64,000 nt of DNA from Candidatus Sulfomarinibacteraceae bacterium (lineage in GTDB: Bacteria > Acidobacteriota > Thermoanaerobaculia > Thermoanaerobaculales > Sulfomarinibacteraceae), in NCBI GenBank assembly GCA_963796455.1, contig CAWCLO010000004.1:928001-992000 (forward strand), in the 5' to 3' direction. Below, one piece after another: positions 41,192 through 49,917 of this stretch; position 1 is the first letter of the stretch; each line of letters starts with the position of its first letter. A program made the translations under genes and the position numbers. The notes under the pieces are model-generated. The model was given only the letters and a program-made list of their open reading frames with translations, was not told the DNA's origin and did not search any database.

Positions 41192-42447
41192 GCCGTCAAC
41201 TCGCTGCCGGCAGCTGGTTGCGCATTCTTGCCGGGATCGCGGTTCTCATTTTGGCTGTTGAAACCCTGGGTGCGTGGCGATGGGGCAGGGCTGCGGCGGT
41301 TCTGATGCGCAACCCCGATCGCGGTGCGGTCATGCTTTCGGATGACCGGTCCGTCGCCCTTCCCTCGTTCGTAGAAAGATCGCGACGGCTCGTGGTGCGT
41401 GATTTTGGCAGCGCCGACCGCGAAGTCGTTGTCGCCGCGCTGACCCGTTTGGGTCACCGGCAGACGGCTTGGATTCCGGCCCATCCAAGTGGCTTCACAC
41501 ACCTGTCGCACGCCGCCTTGCTCGGTGATCAGCCCGCTGTGGCCCTCGACCTTCTTGGCAAGTCCCTCAAGCGCGATCCACTGTCACCCGCTCTGCGGCG
41601 ATTGCGGGCCATGGTTCTCCTGTACCTGGGCGTTCTGGATGAGGCGCTTCTGGATCTCGCCATCGCGGAGGCTGTGGCACCGGGTCTTCAGAGTCCGGAG
41701 ATCGAGCTTCCCCCCGAGGATCAGCGAGCCGTCAGGCTTGAATCTCTGCGCTTGCGGAGTGAGCTCTATCCCCGCAAGCGGACCGAAACCGCGCTCACCC
41801 TCGCCCGACTGCTGCGCAGCCAGGGTGATGTTGCCGCAGCTGAGCTCGTATTGGCAGATTTCGGGGGTCGTCCCGAAATCGAATTGGAACGCGCCCGGTG
41901 GGCGATGGAGGAAGGCGACCTCGGCCGTGCGATCCCTATTCTGGAGTCCATTGCCGAGCGGAGCTCCTATCCCAGAGCCATACGGGCCAGTGCCTGGTCT
42001 TCCATCGCAGTTGCCCGGGACCGGGACGGCGATCGCGACGGTGCCCTGGCCGCAGCTCAGGCCGCTCTCCAACTCATGCCCGCATCGCCAGCGCCCTATG
42101 TCACCCTTGCCGGTCTGGCACAGCGCAGGGGCGACGCTGACCTCGCACTGCAACACCTGCGGAGGGCGTGGGGGATGGCACCGACCGATGTCGGGCTCCT
42201 GCACCGGATCGCCGCGGTCGCGGAGGGTTCGGGCAAGACTTCCGATGCGATTCTGGCCCTCGAACGAGCAGTGGAAATCGAACCCAATGAAGCTCGCCAC
42301 GCCGCCGCCCTGGTTTCGTTTCAGATTCGGAACCGCGACTTCGTCGAAGCGGCCGGTGCCCTGTCACAAGCTCTCGATCGTTTCCCGACCGATCCGGAAT
42401 TGCTGCGTCTCGCCGAGCGGCTGCAGAGGGATATCGGGATCCGGTAG
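41188..42447 (+). CDS. membrane-anchored TPR protein
   Basis: N-terminal TM helix; repeated TPR-like 'A..L.P' helices. Confidence 0.75.
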   Translation: MSRQLAAGSWLRILAGIAVLILAVETLGAWRWGRAAAVLMRNPDRGAVMLSDDRSVALPSFVERSRRLVVRDFGSADREVVVAALTRLGHRQTAWIPAHPSGFTHLSHAALLGDQPAVALDLLGKSLKRDPLSPALRRLRAMVLLYLGVLDEALLDLAIAEAVAPGLQSPEIELPPEDQRAVRLESLRLRSELYPRKRTETALTLARLLRSQGDVAAAELVLADFGGRPEIELERARWAMEEGDLGRAIPILESIAERSSYPRAIRASAWSSIAVARDRDGDRDGALAAAQAALQLMPASPAPYVTLAGLAQRRGDADLALQHLRRAWGMAPTDVGLLHRIAAVAEGSGKTSDAILALERAVEIEPNEARHAAALVSFQIRNRDFVEAAGALSQALDRFPTDPELLRLAERLQRDIGIR

Positions 42448-42465
42448 GAATTGGGCAGAGGAGAG

Positions 42466-42533
42466 GGAGCAGAGGAGCAGAGGAGCAGAGGAGCAGAGGA
42501 GCAGAGGAGCAGAGGAGCAGAGGAGCAGAGGAG
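42466..42533 (+). repeat. tandem octamer (GGAGCAGA) x8 plus partial copy
   Basis: Eight perfect copies at 42466-42529. Confidence 0.97.
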
Positions 42534-42613
42534 ACTCTGCCCTTATCACGTTGGTCGACCCGCGATGATCTCCCTTTCCCCTCATACCCAGCCGAATCGG
42601 TGGGTCTTTTCAA

Positions 42614-42734
42614 GATGTCATCCTGAGCGAAGCGCCTTTGGCGCGAAGTCGAAGGATCTGCGGGCCGGGGTCTTTGTGATCCACCTCATAGATCCTTCGA
42701 CTTCGCCTTGTGGGGCTCCGCTCAGGATGACATC
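42614..42734. repeat. REP-like long palindrome (GATGTCATCCTGAGCG...CGCTCAGGATGACATC)
   Basis: Arms of about 45 nt: GATGTCATCCTGAGCG...GCGAAGTCGAAGGATCT and AGATCCTTCGACTTCGC...CGCTCAGGATGACATC. Confidence 0.88.
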
Positions 42735-42897
42735 GGGAGGCGACACTCCCATTCAGGAGAGATCAGAACCGAGTGGTTTTCCCTTTCCCTCGTTCGGTAA
42801 CGGTAAAGGGCTGGGGCTCGGGATCCAGCATCCAGTATCCAGCATCGAGCGACGGGGCGGTCTACCTTTCCCCCATTCTCCCTTTCACAGACGGCCC

Positions 42898-43641
42898 TCA
42901 CTCATCCTCGTCGGCATCAACCTTCGAATATCTGCCGGGTTTGGCCCCCGCCGCCCACTCCATCTGGCGACAGATGCCGCGGACGATCTGGACCTCGTTG
43001 TCGGTGATTCCGGCGCGACCGAAGAGCCGGCGGAGTTTGCGAAGGATCCGCTGCGGGCTCTGAGGATCGAGAAAGCCGATCACGGAGAGGCTCTGGTCGA
43101 GGTGTGCCATCAGGGCCTCCACCTCCACCTGTGAGGCCGGTTCCGGGGCGGCGTCGGGTGCTCCCACGGCCCACAGATGCGCCTCAGCCACCAGAATCGC
43201 GATTGCCTGGACGAGGTTGAGCACCGGAAATGCCGGATCGGTCGGGATACGGATGACCATATCGCAGCGATCGAGGTGGTCTCGGGTCAGACCGCGGGTT
43301 TCGTTGCCGAAAACGAGGGCAGCCTGCTCCGGGCCTCGCTCGAGCAAAAGGGGGATGGCCTCGGGGGGGGAAAGCACCGGAAGGTTTTTGCGCCCTCTTC
43401 CCGATGCAGATGCCGCCAGAGTGCGGTACGGAGCGCAGGCCTCGGCAAAGCTCGGCCATCTTCGGCACTGCAGCTGATCCTCGGCGCCGCAGGCCCAGCT
43501 GAGGACCTCCGGATCGTCGGGGGAAATCGCCGGGCGCACCAGCTCGAGTCTCGGAATTCCGAAGTTGGCCGCAACCCGCATGGCGGCCCCAAGGTTACCG
43601 GGCAGACCGGTTTCGACCAGAATCAAGGCTCCTACTGACAT
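42898..43641 (-). CDS. trmJ: TrmJ/LasT-family SPOUT RNA methyltransferase
   Basis: 'LVET..PGNLGAAMR..ANFG', 'VFGNETRGL', 'IPT...FPVLNL.QA'. Confidence 0.88.
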   Translation of the reverse strand: MSVGALILVETGLPGNLGAAMRVAANFGIPRLELVRPAISPDDPEVLSWACGAEDQLQCRRWPSFAEACAPYRTLAASASGRGRKNLPVLSPPEAIPLLLERGPEQAALVFGNETRGLTRDHLDRCDMVIRIPTDPAFPVLNLVQAIAILVAEAHLWAVGAPDAAPEPASQVEVEALMAHLDQSLSVIGFLDPQSPQRILRKLRRLFGRAGITDNEVQIVRGICRQMEWAAGAKPGRYSKVDADEDE

Positions 43642-43680
43642 CGGGGGATATAATAGACCAAAGATCGCAGCGGAGCTTTC

Positions 43681-45642
43681 ATGATCATTCCCCTCGGTCA
43701 CGAACAAACCAAAGTTCGGAGATTGCCGTGGGTGACCTTCTCGATCATGGGTCTGTGTGTTGTGGTCTTCATCGTCACGAATATCGTCGGCACCTCTCAT
43801 GAAGAGAGGGGTGCGGAACATCTCGACGAGGCGATCAACTATTTCGTAGAGCATCCCTACCTCGACCTCCCGGAGCGATTGCTGAACTTCTTCGAAACCC
43901 GGTTCGGTGAAGAAGAGACAGCCGCGGAGATCGAAACCATCCGCGAGTTGGGGCCGGATCGCCCGTCGAGCGAGTTGCAGGTATCGCAAGAACAGACCCA
44001 TCTCGATGAGCTTGTCGCCAAGGGTTATTCGTCGATGGAAAAATCGCCGATGCGACGCTGGGGTCTGGTGCCGGCCGATTTCCACATTCCGACCGTCGTG
44101 AGCTACCAGTTCCTCCACGGCGGTTTCTGGCACCTCTTTGGAAATCTCTTTCTGCTTTATCTGGCCGGTCCATTTATCGAGGATGTCTGGGGCCGTCCGA
44201 TCTACGGGTCGTTCTACATTGTTGCAGGTGGGATTGCGGGTCTGATGTTCATGGTCCGGTATCCGGATCTGGACATGCCTTTGATCGGCGCGTCGGGCGC
44301 CGTTGCCGGTGTGATGGGCGCCTTTTTGATTCGCTATTGGAACTCGAAGATCAAGTTCTTTTATTGGATCGGATTCATCTTCACCGGCGTCGGTACGGCT
44401 CCAGCGTGGATCATGTTGCCGCTGTGGTTCTTCAAAGAACTCTCGTATGCAAACCTGGCCGACTACCTCGCCCCGGGAGCGGGGGGTGGGGGAGTCGCGT
44501 TCTGGGCCCACGTGTGGGGTTTCGCATTCGGGGCCCTCGCGGCTACCGTGATCGCCTATTTCAAGGTCGAGGAGCGCTTTATCGATTCGAGCATCGAGTC
44601 CAAGATCACGGTGATCGACAACACGGTCGTGGAGTCGGCGGTTCAACTCGCCGACAAGGGAGATCTCGGAGGCTCCATCGAAGCTCTCGATCGGGAAATC
44701 AAGGCCAATCCGGACAACGTCGACGCGGCGATGGCCCTGTGGAATCTCAGTTTCCAGAACCAGAATGTGGGGGCGGCCGTCCCTGCGATGTTGGGCGCTA
44801 TGCGAAGCGCGGCGCGGCGGGGAGACAGCGGTTTTGTGGTCGCTCACTGGGAGGACATGCTGCATGCTGCGCCCTCGATGACCTTCGACCCCGTCCTGGG
44901 CATTCAAATTGCCGAGATGATGGAAAGGGAACGTCGGGAAGAAGCGGCACGGGAGACCCTGCGCCGTGCTCAGGAGTCGGTCACCGTCGGCACGCCTGCT
45001 GCCATTCAACTCCGTATGGCGCGGCTCGCCGTGGCCCTCCAGGCGCCGGAGGCCGCGGCCATTATCGAATCCGCTCTCGGAAATCCGGAAACGCCGCCGG
45101 AAGCGAGATCGGAACTCGAAACCGCGCGCAAAGTTATTCCCGAGACTATTCCCCCCCAATCCCACGAGCGCGATTCCATGGAAATCAGCGAAGAGGAGGA
45201 GGGAGCCGTCGAGACGGAAGAGGTGGTTCACACGCTGCGGAAGTTGGCTGCAATCCCGCGCTCGATCGAAGGCGCCTCGCTGCAGATCGAAGTCAATGGC
45301 GAGCTGCGCAAATTGCACATCGACTCGATTCAAGCCGTGGCGGTTGGCGGGATCAACCGGTCGGGGCAAAAACCGGTTGTTTTGGTCGATTTGTTGCTCG
45401 ATTCGCCCTGGGGCAACCGTGCGCCCATCCGAACAATCCGGGTCCTGAGCAACACCTTTGATCCCCGTCCCCTCGTCGGGATCGACGATCCGCTCAAAGC
45501 GTTTCAGAAATTCCTGGGGCACATGCTTGAGGTGTCGGAGGCGGTACCGCTTCCCGATCCCGATGCCGCGCGAGGACAGCCCTTTCGCTCTTATCCGACG
45601 ATTGATGCCTATGAACTCGAGGTGCTGGGTATTCGTCCCTGA
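43681..45642 (+). CDS. rhomboid intramembrane serine protease with long helical C-terminal domain
   Basis: FLHGGFWHLFGN, GASGA, AHVWG; TATAAT at 43649-43654. Confidence 0.88.
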   Translation: MIIPLGHEQTKVRRLPWVTFSIMGLCVVVFIVTNIVGTSHEERGAEHLDEAINYFVEHPYLDLPERLLNFFETRFGEEETAAEIETIRELGPDRPSSELQVSQEQTHLDELVAKGYSSMEKSPMRRWGLVPADFHIPTVVSYQFLHGGFWHLFGNLFLLYLAGPFIEDVWGRPIYGSFYIVAGGIAGLMFMVRYPDLDMPLIGASGAVAGVMGAFLIRYWNSKIKFFYWIGFIFTGVGTAPAWIMLPLWFFKELSYANLADYLAPGAGGGGVAFWAHVWGFAFGALAATVIAYFKVEERFIDSSIESKITVIDNTVVESAVQLADKGDLGGSIEALDREIKANPDNVDAAMALWNLSFQNQNVGAAVPAMLGAMRSAARRGDSGFVVAHWEDMLHAAPSMTFDPVLGIQIAEMMERERREEAARETLRRAQESVTVGTPAAIQLRMARLAVALQAPEAAAIIESALGNPETPPEARSELETARKVIPETIPPQSHERDSMEISEEEEGAVETEEVVHTLRKLAAIPRSIEGASLQIEVNGELRKLHIDSIQAVAVGGINRSGQKPVVLVDLLLDSPWGNRAPIRTIRVLSNTFDPRPLVGIDDPLKAFQKFLGHMLEVSEAVPLPDPDAARGQPFRSYPTIDAYELEVLGIRP

Positions 45643-45643
45643 T

Positions 45644-46216
45644 TCAACGGTCGGTGGCTTCGCCAAAAACCTGAGCGCTGAACACCTTGAGAATTGCGTC
45701 AGATCGGCGCCAGCAGCCCGCCTCGAGCCCGGCCTTGCGGCAGGTGTGATCGAGGAATGTCTCGCGGTCCCAACCATACTCGGTAGCGACCTGGGGAAGC
45801 AGCAGGCCACGTGCCGCTCCGCATTCAATCAGCACGCCGTCGCGCCCGACGACCACCTGTTCGGCGGATACCGGACAGAGGGGAGTCAAGGCTGAGATTT
45901 CGATGACGGTGCGGGAGAGTTCATCACCCGTCAAAGGTGGGAAGCGCGGGTCCTCGAATGCCGCCGCCACGGCATTGTCGCGGACGCTCTTCCACAGGGG
46001 TGAAACGCCGACGACGTGACCGATACAGCCCCGGAGGACGTGATCGATCTTGAGGGTGACAAAGGCGCCGCGTTGTTCGAGAAGAAGATCCGAGGGCGGC
46101 GAGGAGACCGGCGGGGGAAGGTCAGCCAGGCGGTTGGAGATGGCCGATCGGGCGAGATCGAGCAAGAACCGCCGGTCATCTTCACCGATCAACGGAGAGG
46201 TGGTCGGGGCTTCCAT
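45644..46216 (-). CDS. amrA: AmmeMemoRadiSam system protein A (AMMECR1 domain)
   Basis: GAFVTL, LRGCIG, DPRF, LLPQV, CRKAGL. Confidence 0.92.
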   Translation of the reverse strand: MEAPTTSPLIGEDDRRFLLDLARSAISNRLADLPPPVSSPPSDLLLEQRGAFVTLKIDHVLRGCIGHVVGVSPLWKSVRDNAVAAAFEDPRFPPLTGDELSRTVIEISALTPLCPVSAEQVVVGRDGVLIECGAARGLLLPQVATEYGWDRETFLDHTCRKAGLEAGCWRRSDAILKVFSAQVFGEATDR

Positions 46217-46242
46217 ACCCTGCAGGATGCTATCGTGCGCCC

Positions 46243-47508
46243 ATGATTGTCAAACTTCCTTTTGGCCATGAACAACTGGCTCTCGATCTTCGCGGCATTC
46301 GGGTTCGCCCATTGGCGCCCACCGCCCCTCCCGGTCAGCGCGATATTGGTGGGTTGGTGGCTCAGGCCCTGGACTCACCACTGGAAGGGGATCCACTGTC
46401 CACGCTCGCGTGCGATCGATCAACCGTCACCATCCTCGTGCCCGATTCCACCCGAAAGGCCTGGCTTCCAGAGGTGCTCCCGGCGGTGATTCTTCGTCTT
46501 GAAGGGGCGGGTATCGATGCCTCGGCAATCACGGTTCTGGTGGCCAACGGCACCCACCCCTCGGTCGGCGAGGAGGCGGTCGCAACCCTGGTGGGCCCGC
46601 TGCCGGACGGGGTCCGCGTGGTCGAACACGATAGCCGTCGCTTGCAGGATCTGGTGGTTGTCGGAAAACTCGGGCCGGATCGAGATCTTCACCTCAATCG
46701 CCGAGCGGTTGAAAGCGACCTCCTGATCACCGTCGGGACGGTCCGGCATCACTACTTTGCCGGTTTTGGTGGCGGCCCGAAAATGGTCTTTCCGGGAATC
46801 GGAGCCTATGACGAGATCCAGACCAATCATTCGCTGGTCTTGCGATCCGACGATCGGGGTTCCGTTCGCGAGCCCGCTTGTGAGCCCGGGTTGCTGATCG
46901 GCAATCCGGTAGCTGACGAAATCGCCAAGGCCGCCGATCTATACCCACCTGATCTCGCCCTGTGCCTGGTCGAGGGCAACGATGGGAACCCGGCCTGGGC
47001 GGGGGCCGGCCCCTGGCGGACGGCATTTGCGGCCGCGGTGGACAAGCTTCGAATCTGGTTCGAGACAAGCCCGGGCGCACCCTTTCAACTCATGGTTGCT
47101 TGTGGAGGCGGGTCGCCGTCCGACGCCACCCTGATCCAGGGCCACAAGTCTTTCGATGCCGTCTGCCGCTTTCTCGCTCCCGGGGGAGAGCTGCTGTATG
47201 TGGCGGCACTCGATGGCGGGCTTGGTTCACCCATGATGGAGCCGTTCATCCGTGATCCTCGACCCGAGCGCATTCTGGAAGCACTGGCAGAGAAATGGGT
47301 GCAATACGGTCACACAACCCTGCGCTTGGTTGAAAAGACTTCTCGCTATCGGGTCAGCCTTTGTTCGAACCTCGATCCGGTTGTGGTCTGCAAGCTCGGT
47401 TTCGAGCCAGTTGTGGAACCGGATGAGATCATCGAACGCTGGCGACGCGAATATCCGGGGGAAACGGTGGGCGTGATGGCAGGGGCGCCGGTCTTCCCAC
47501 GAAACTGA
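46243..47508 (+). CDS. larA: LarA-family (DUF2088) nickel-pincer-dependent racemase/epimerase
   Basis: PDSTR, ANGTH, HYFAGFGGGPK..FPG, NH, Q..K. Confidence 0.85.
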   Translation: MIVKLPFGHEQLALDLRGIRVRPLAPTAPPGQRDIGGLVAQALDSPLEGDPLSTLACDRSTVTILVPDSTRKAWLPEVLPAVILRLEGAGIDASAITVLVANGTHPSVGEEAVATLVGPLPDGVRVVEHDSRRLQDLVVVGKLGPDRDLHLNRRAVESDLLITVGTVRHHYFAGFGGGPKMVFPGIGAYDEIQTNHSLVLRSDDRGSVREPACEPGLLIGNPVADEIAKAADLYPPDLALCLVEGNDGNPAWAGAGPWRTAFAAAVDKLRIWFETSPGAPFQLMVACGGGSPSDATLIQGHKSFDAVCRFLAPGGELLYVAALDGGLGSPMMEPFIRDPRPERILEALAEKWVQYGHTTLRLVEKTSRYRVSLCSNLDPVVVCKLGFEPVVEPDEIIERWRREYPGETVGVMAGAPVFPRN

Positions 47509-47534
47509 TCCGGCAAATCTTCACGGATCTGCCC

Positions 47535-47548
47535 TTGACCCTGATCAA
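47535..47548 (+). promoter_or_regulatory. FNR/Dnr-type (Crp-Fnr family) binding site
   Basis: TTGAC-CCTG-ATCAA, one mismatch to TTGAT-N4-ATCAA; TACTCT -10 at 47571-47576. Confidence 0.7.
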
Positions 47549-47612
47549 GGACGCGAATCGGTATGAACCCTACTCTTTCAACTGGATGTCAAGAGATCGT
47601 TTTGGAGGCTCC

Positions 47613-47972
47613 ATGACTGCAGATAAGAACACGATCGATGAGTTGGCCAGCGACCACCCGAGCGCGCTCGTCGACCTCGTCCGGGTGGGTGAGGGGGCGA
47701 TCGTCAGCCGGGTACTCGCCCGGACCACGGGCGGTAACGTGACCCTTTTTGCGTTTGACCAAGGGCAGGGGCTTTCCGAACACACCGCACCATTCGATGC
47801 TTTGGTCCAGGTCGTCGATGGGCGTCTCGATCTGACTATCGGGGAGAATCCCGTAAGTCTGGGTGCCGGCGAAGTGGTCAGGATGCCAGCCAACGTGCCC
47901 CACGCTCTGCACGCTCCGGAGCCCGCACGGATGCTTCTGACGATGCTCCGCGAAATCGAAACGGAGGCCTGA
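47613..47972 (+). CDS. cupin domain protein
   Basis: SD GGAGG; 'TLFAFDQGQGLSEHTAP', 'MPANVPHAL'. Confidence 0.9.
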   Translation: MTADKNTIDELASDHPSALVDLVRVGEGAIVSRVLARTTGGNVTLFAFDQGQGLSEHTAPFDALVQVVDGRLDLTIGENPVSLGAGEVVRMPANVPHALHAPEPARMLLTMLREIETEA

Positions 47973-48749
47973 ATGGCAATTCGAGAGGTCATTGAAATTG
48001 ACGAAAAGCTCTGCGACGGCTGTGGAGACTGCGTCACCGCATGTGCCGAAGGTGCGATCGCGATTATCGACGGCAAGGCCAAATTGATCAGTGATGTTTA
48101 TTGCGACGGCCTCGGAGCCTGTCTCGGCCACTGCCCTCAGGGAGCTCTCAAGGTCATCCATCGCGAGGCCGACGAGTTTGATGAATCAGCGGTCGAGCAG
48201 CACCTGAAGGGCATGGGGCAGGGGAGAAATCCTGTGGCACCAGCACCTGTTTTTGGTGTCGTCGGTCAAAACCCGATGGCCGGAGGCGGTTGTCCCGGTT
48301 CCCGACCCCAGGTGATGAGCCCCACCCAGGATCCCGCCGTCGCCGCCGGGCCCGGCCCCGCCTCACAGCTCGGACATTGGCCGATTCAGCTCCATCTCGT
48401 GCCGCCCACCGCGCCCTTCTTCCAGAATCAGAATGTGCTCCTGGCCGCAGACTGTGTGGCATTTTCGGTCGGCGATTTCCATCAACGCTATCTGCAGGGA
48501 CATTCCTTGGCCATCGCGTGCCCGAAACTTGACAGCAATCAGGAGATCTATCTCCAAAAGCTCGTCGCCATGATCGACGAGGCGGAGATCAAGAGCCTAA
48601 GTGTCATGGTCATGGAGGTCCCGTGCTGCGGAGGGCTGGTGCGTCTGGTCGAGGAGGCGCTCCGAAGGTCAGAGCGGCAGATTCCGGTCGAATGCCTGGT
48701 AGTGGGCACCCAGGGACACATCCTTGGTGAGTACCAGATCGCCGGCTGA
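47973..48749 (+). CDS. 4Fe-4S dicluster (ferredoxin-like) protein
   Basis: CDGCGDC...C and CDGLGAC...CP; GCPGS, WPIQL, ADC, CPKLD, MEVPCC. Confidence 0.9.
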   Translation: MAIREVIEIDEKLCDGCGDCVTACAEGAIAIIDGKAKLISDVYCDGLGACLGHCPQGALKVIHREADEFDESAVEQHLKGMGQGRNPVAPAPVFGVVGQNPMAGGGCPGSRPQVMSPTQDPAVAAGPGPASQLGHWPIQLHLVPPTAPFFQNQNVLLAADCVAFSVGDFHQRYLQGHSLAIACPKLDSNQEIYLQKLVAMIDEAEIKSLSVMVMEVPCCGGLVRLVEEALRRSERQIPVECLVVGTQGHILGEYQIAG

Positions 48750-48789
48750 TACAATCGGGTCGTTCGATGAGCGGCCCGAGGAGAATAGA

Positions 48790-49917
48790 ATGAGAGACCG
48801 ATTTGGCACCGTCCTAACCGTGGTGGTGCTGTTTTGTGCGGTGGCGTCTGCGCCGCCAGTCGTGGCCCAGGATGAGGGAAAGACCTTATTCTGGGTCGAA
48901 AATTCGACTGTTGAGATCGGCAAGGTCATTGCCGGCCGACCTGCTTCCGCCACATTCCTTTTCCACAACGACGGACCGGAGGATGTCCACATCATTCGGG
49001 CGAAACCTTCCTGAGGATGCACGGTGGCCGAGTTCGACTCGGTCATCCCGGCAGGTGGGTCGGGAACGCTGCGGGCGGTGATCAAAACAAGCGAACAACA
49101 AAGCGGCGTGTTTTCGAAATCGATCAATGTCCAGACCGATGCCGCGGATGCCCGGACTCTGGTCTTGCGATTGCGCGCCACAATCGACCAGCCCATCGTG
49201 GCAAAACCCCGCATGTTTCTTATCGTCACCGCGACCGAAGGCGAAGAGCTGCGAGGAGGTCTTCTGCTCCACCGGGCCGATGGTGTTCCCCTCGATATCT
49301 ACAGTGTGTCCTCCGGAAACCCACTGTTCAAACCGCGGGTCGAAAAGGTCGAGAAAACAAAGGAATTCGACGGGAGGGAAGGTCTGCCTGGAGATATATG
49401 GCTCGAGGTGGTCGGTGATGCAACCCTTGCTGCGGGAACCACGAAGGGCACCCTTCGCCTGGAAACAAATCATCCGGATGTTTCAAAGCTCTCGATTCCC
49501 TATACGATGCGCGTCCGCCCACTGATCACTCTTCGACCGGACGTCGTGAGAATGTGGCCGACCTCATCGACCGAAACCGTCGGTCGAGTTGCCGTCGTCG
49601 GTCTCAACCGAAACGACGGGATCGCCTTTTCGATCACTGACATCGAGGTTTCACATCCGGATCTGTTTACCGTGTCGGCCATTTCGACAAAGGCCGGTCA
49701 GCAACAACAGATCATGGTGGTTTTGGCCGAGAATCTTGCAAGCGACGACCTCGTCGGGAGCGTGGACGGGAGGATCACGATTCGTACCGACGATCCCCGA
49801 AAGCCGGTCATTGATGTTCCGGTCATCGTGGCCCGCAACCGGACTCAATCCCGGCGCCCGCCGAGAGCTTTTGTGCGGAGTCAGACAGCGGCGACTACGA
49901 ACCCGGCAGCGCGCTGA
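48790..49917 (+). CDS. secreted DUF1573-like Ig-fold protein with in-frame UGA at 49012-49014 (candidate selenoprotein)
   Basis: SD GAGGAG, signal peptide; reads AKPS-(TGA)-GCTVAEFDSVIPAGGSGTL in the same frame; the family motif is normally SCGCT. Confidence 0.75.
49023..49047 (+). promoter_or_regulatory. SECIS-like hairpin
   Basis: GGTGGCCGAG-TTCGA-CTCGGTCATC, a 10-bp stem starting 9 nt after the UGA. Confidence 0.5.

Noticed and set aside
42466..42533. Possible CRISPR array
   Set aside because: Spacerless 8-mer tandem repeat; no cas genes
43642..45828. N-terminal ~730 aa of the 976-aa minus-strand ORF
   Set aside because: Mostly antisense to the rhomboid gene; only 43641-42898 is TrmJ-like
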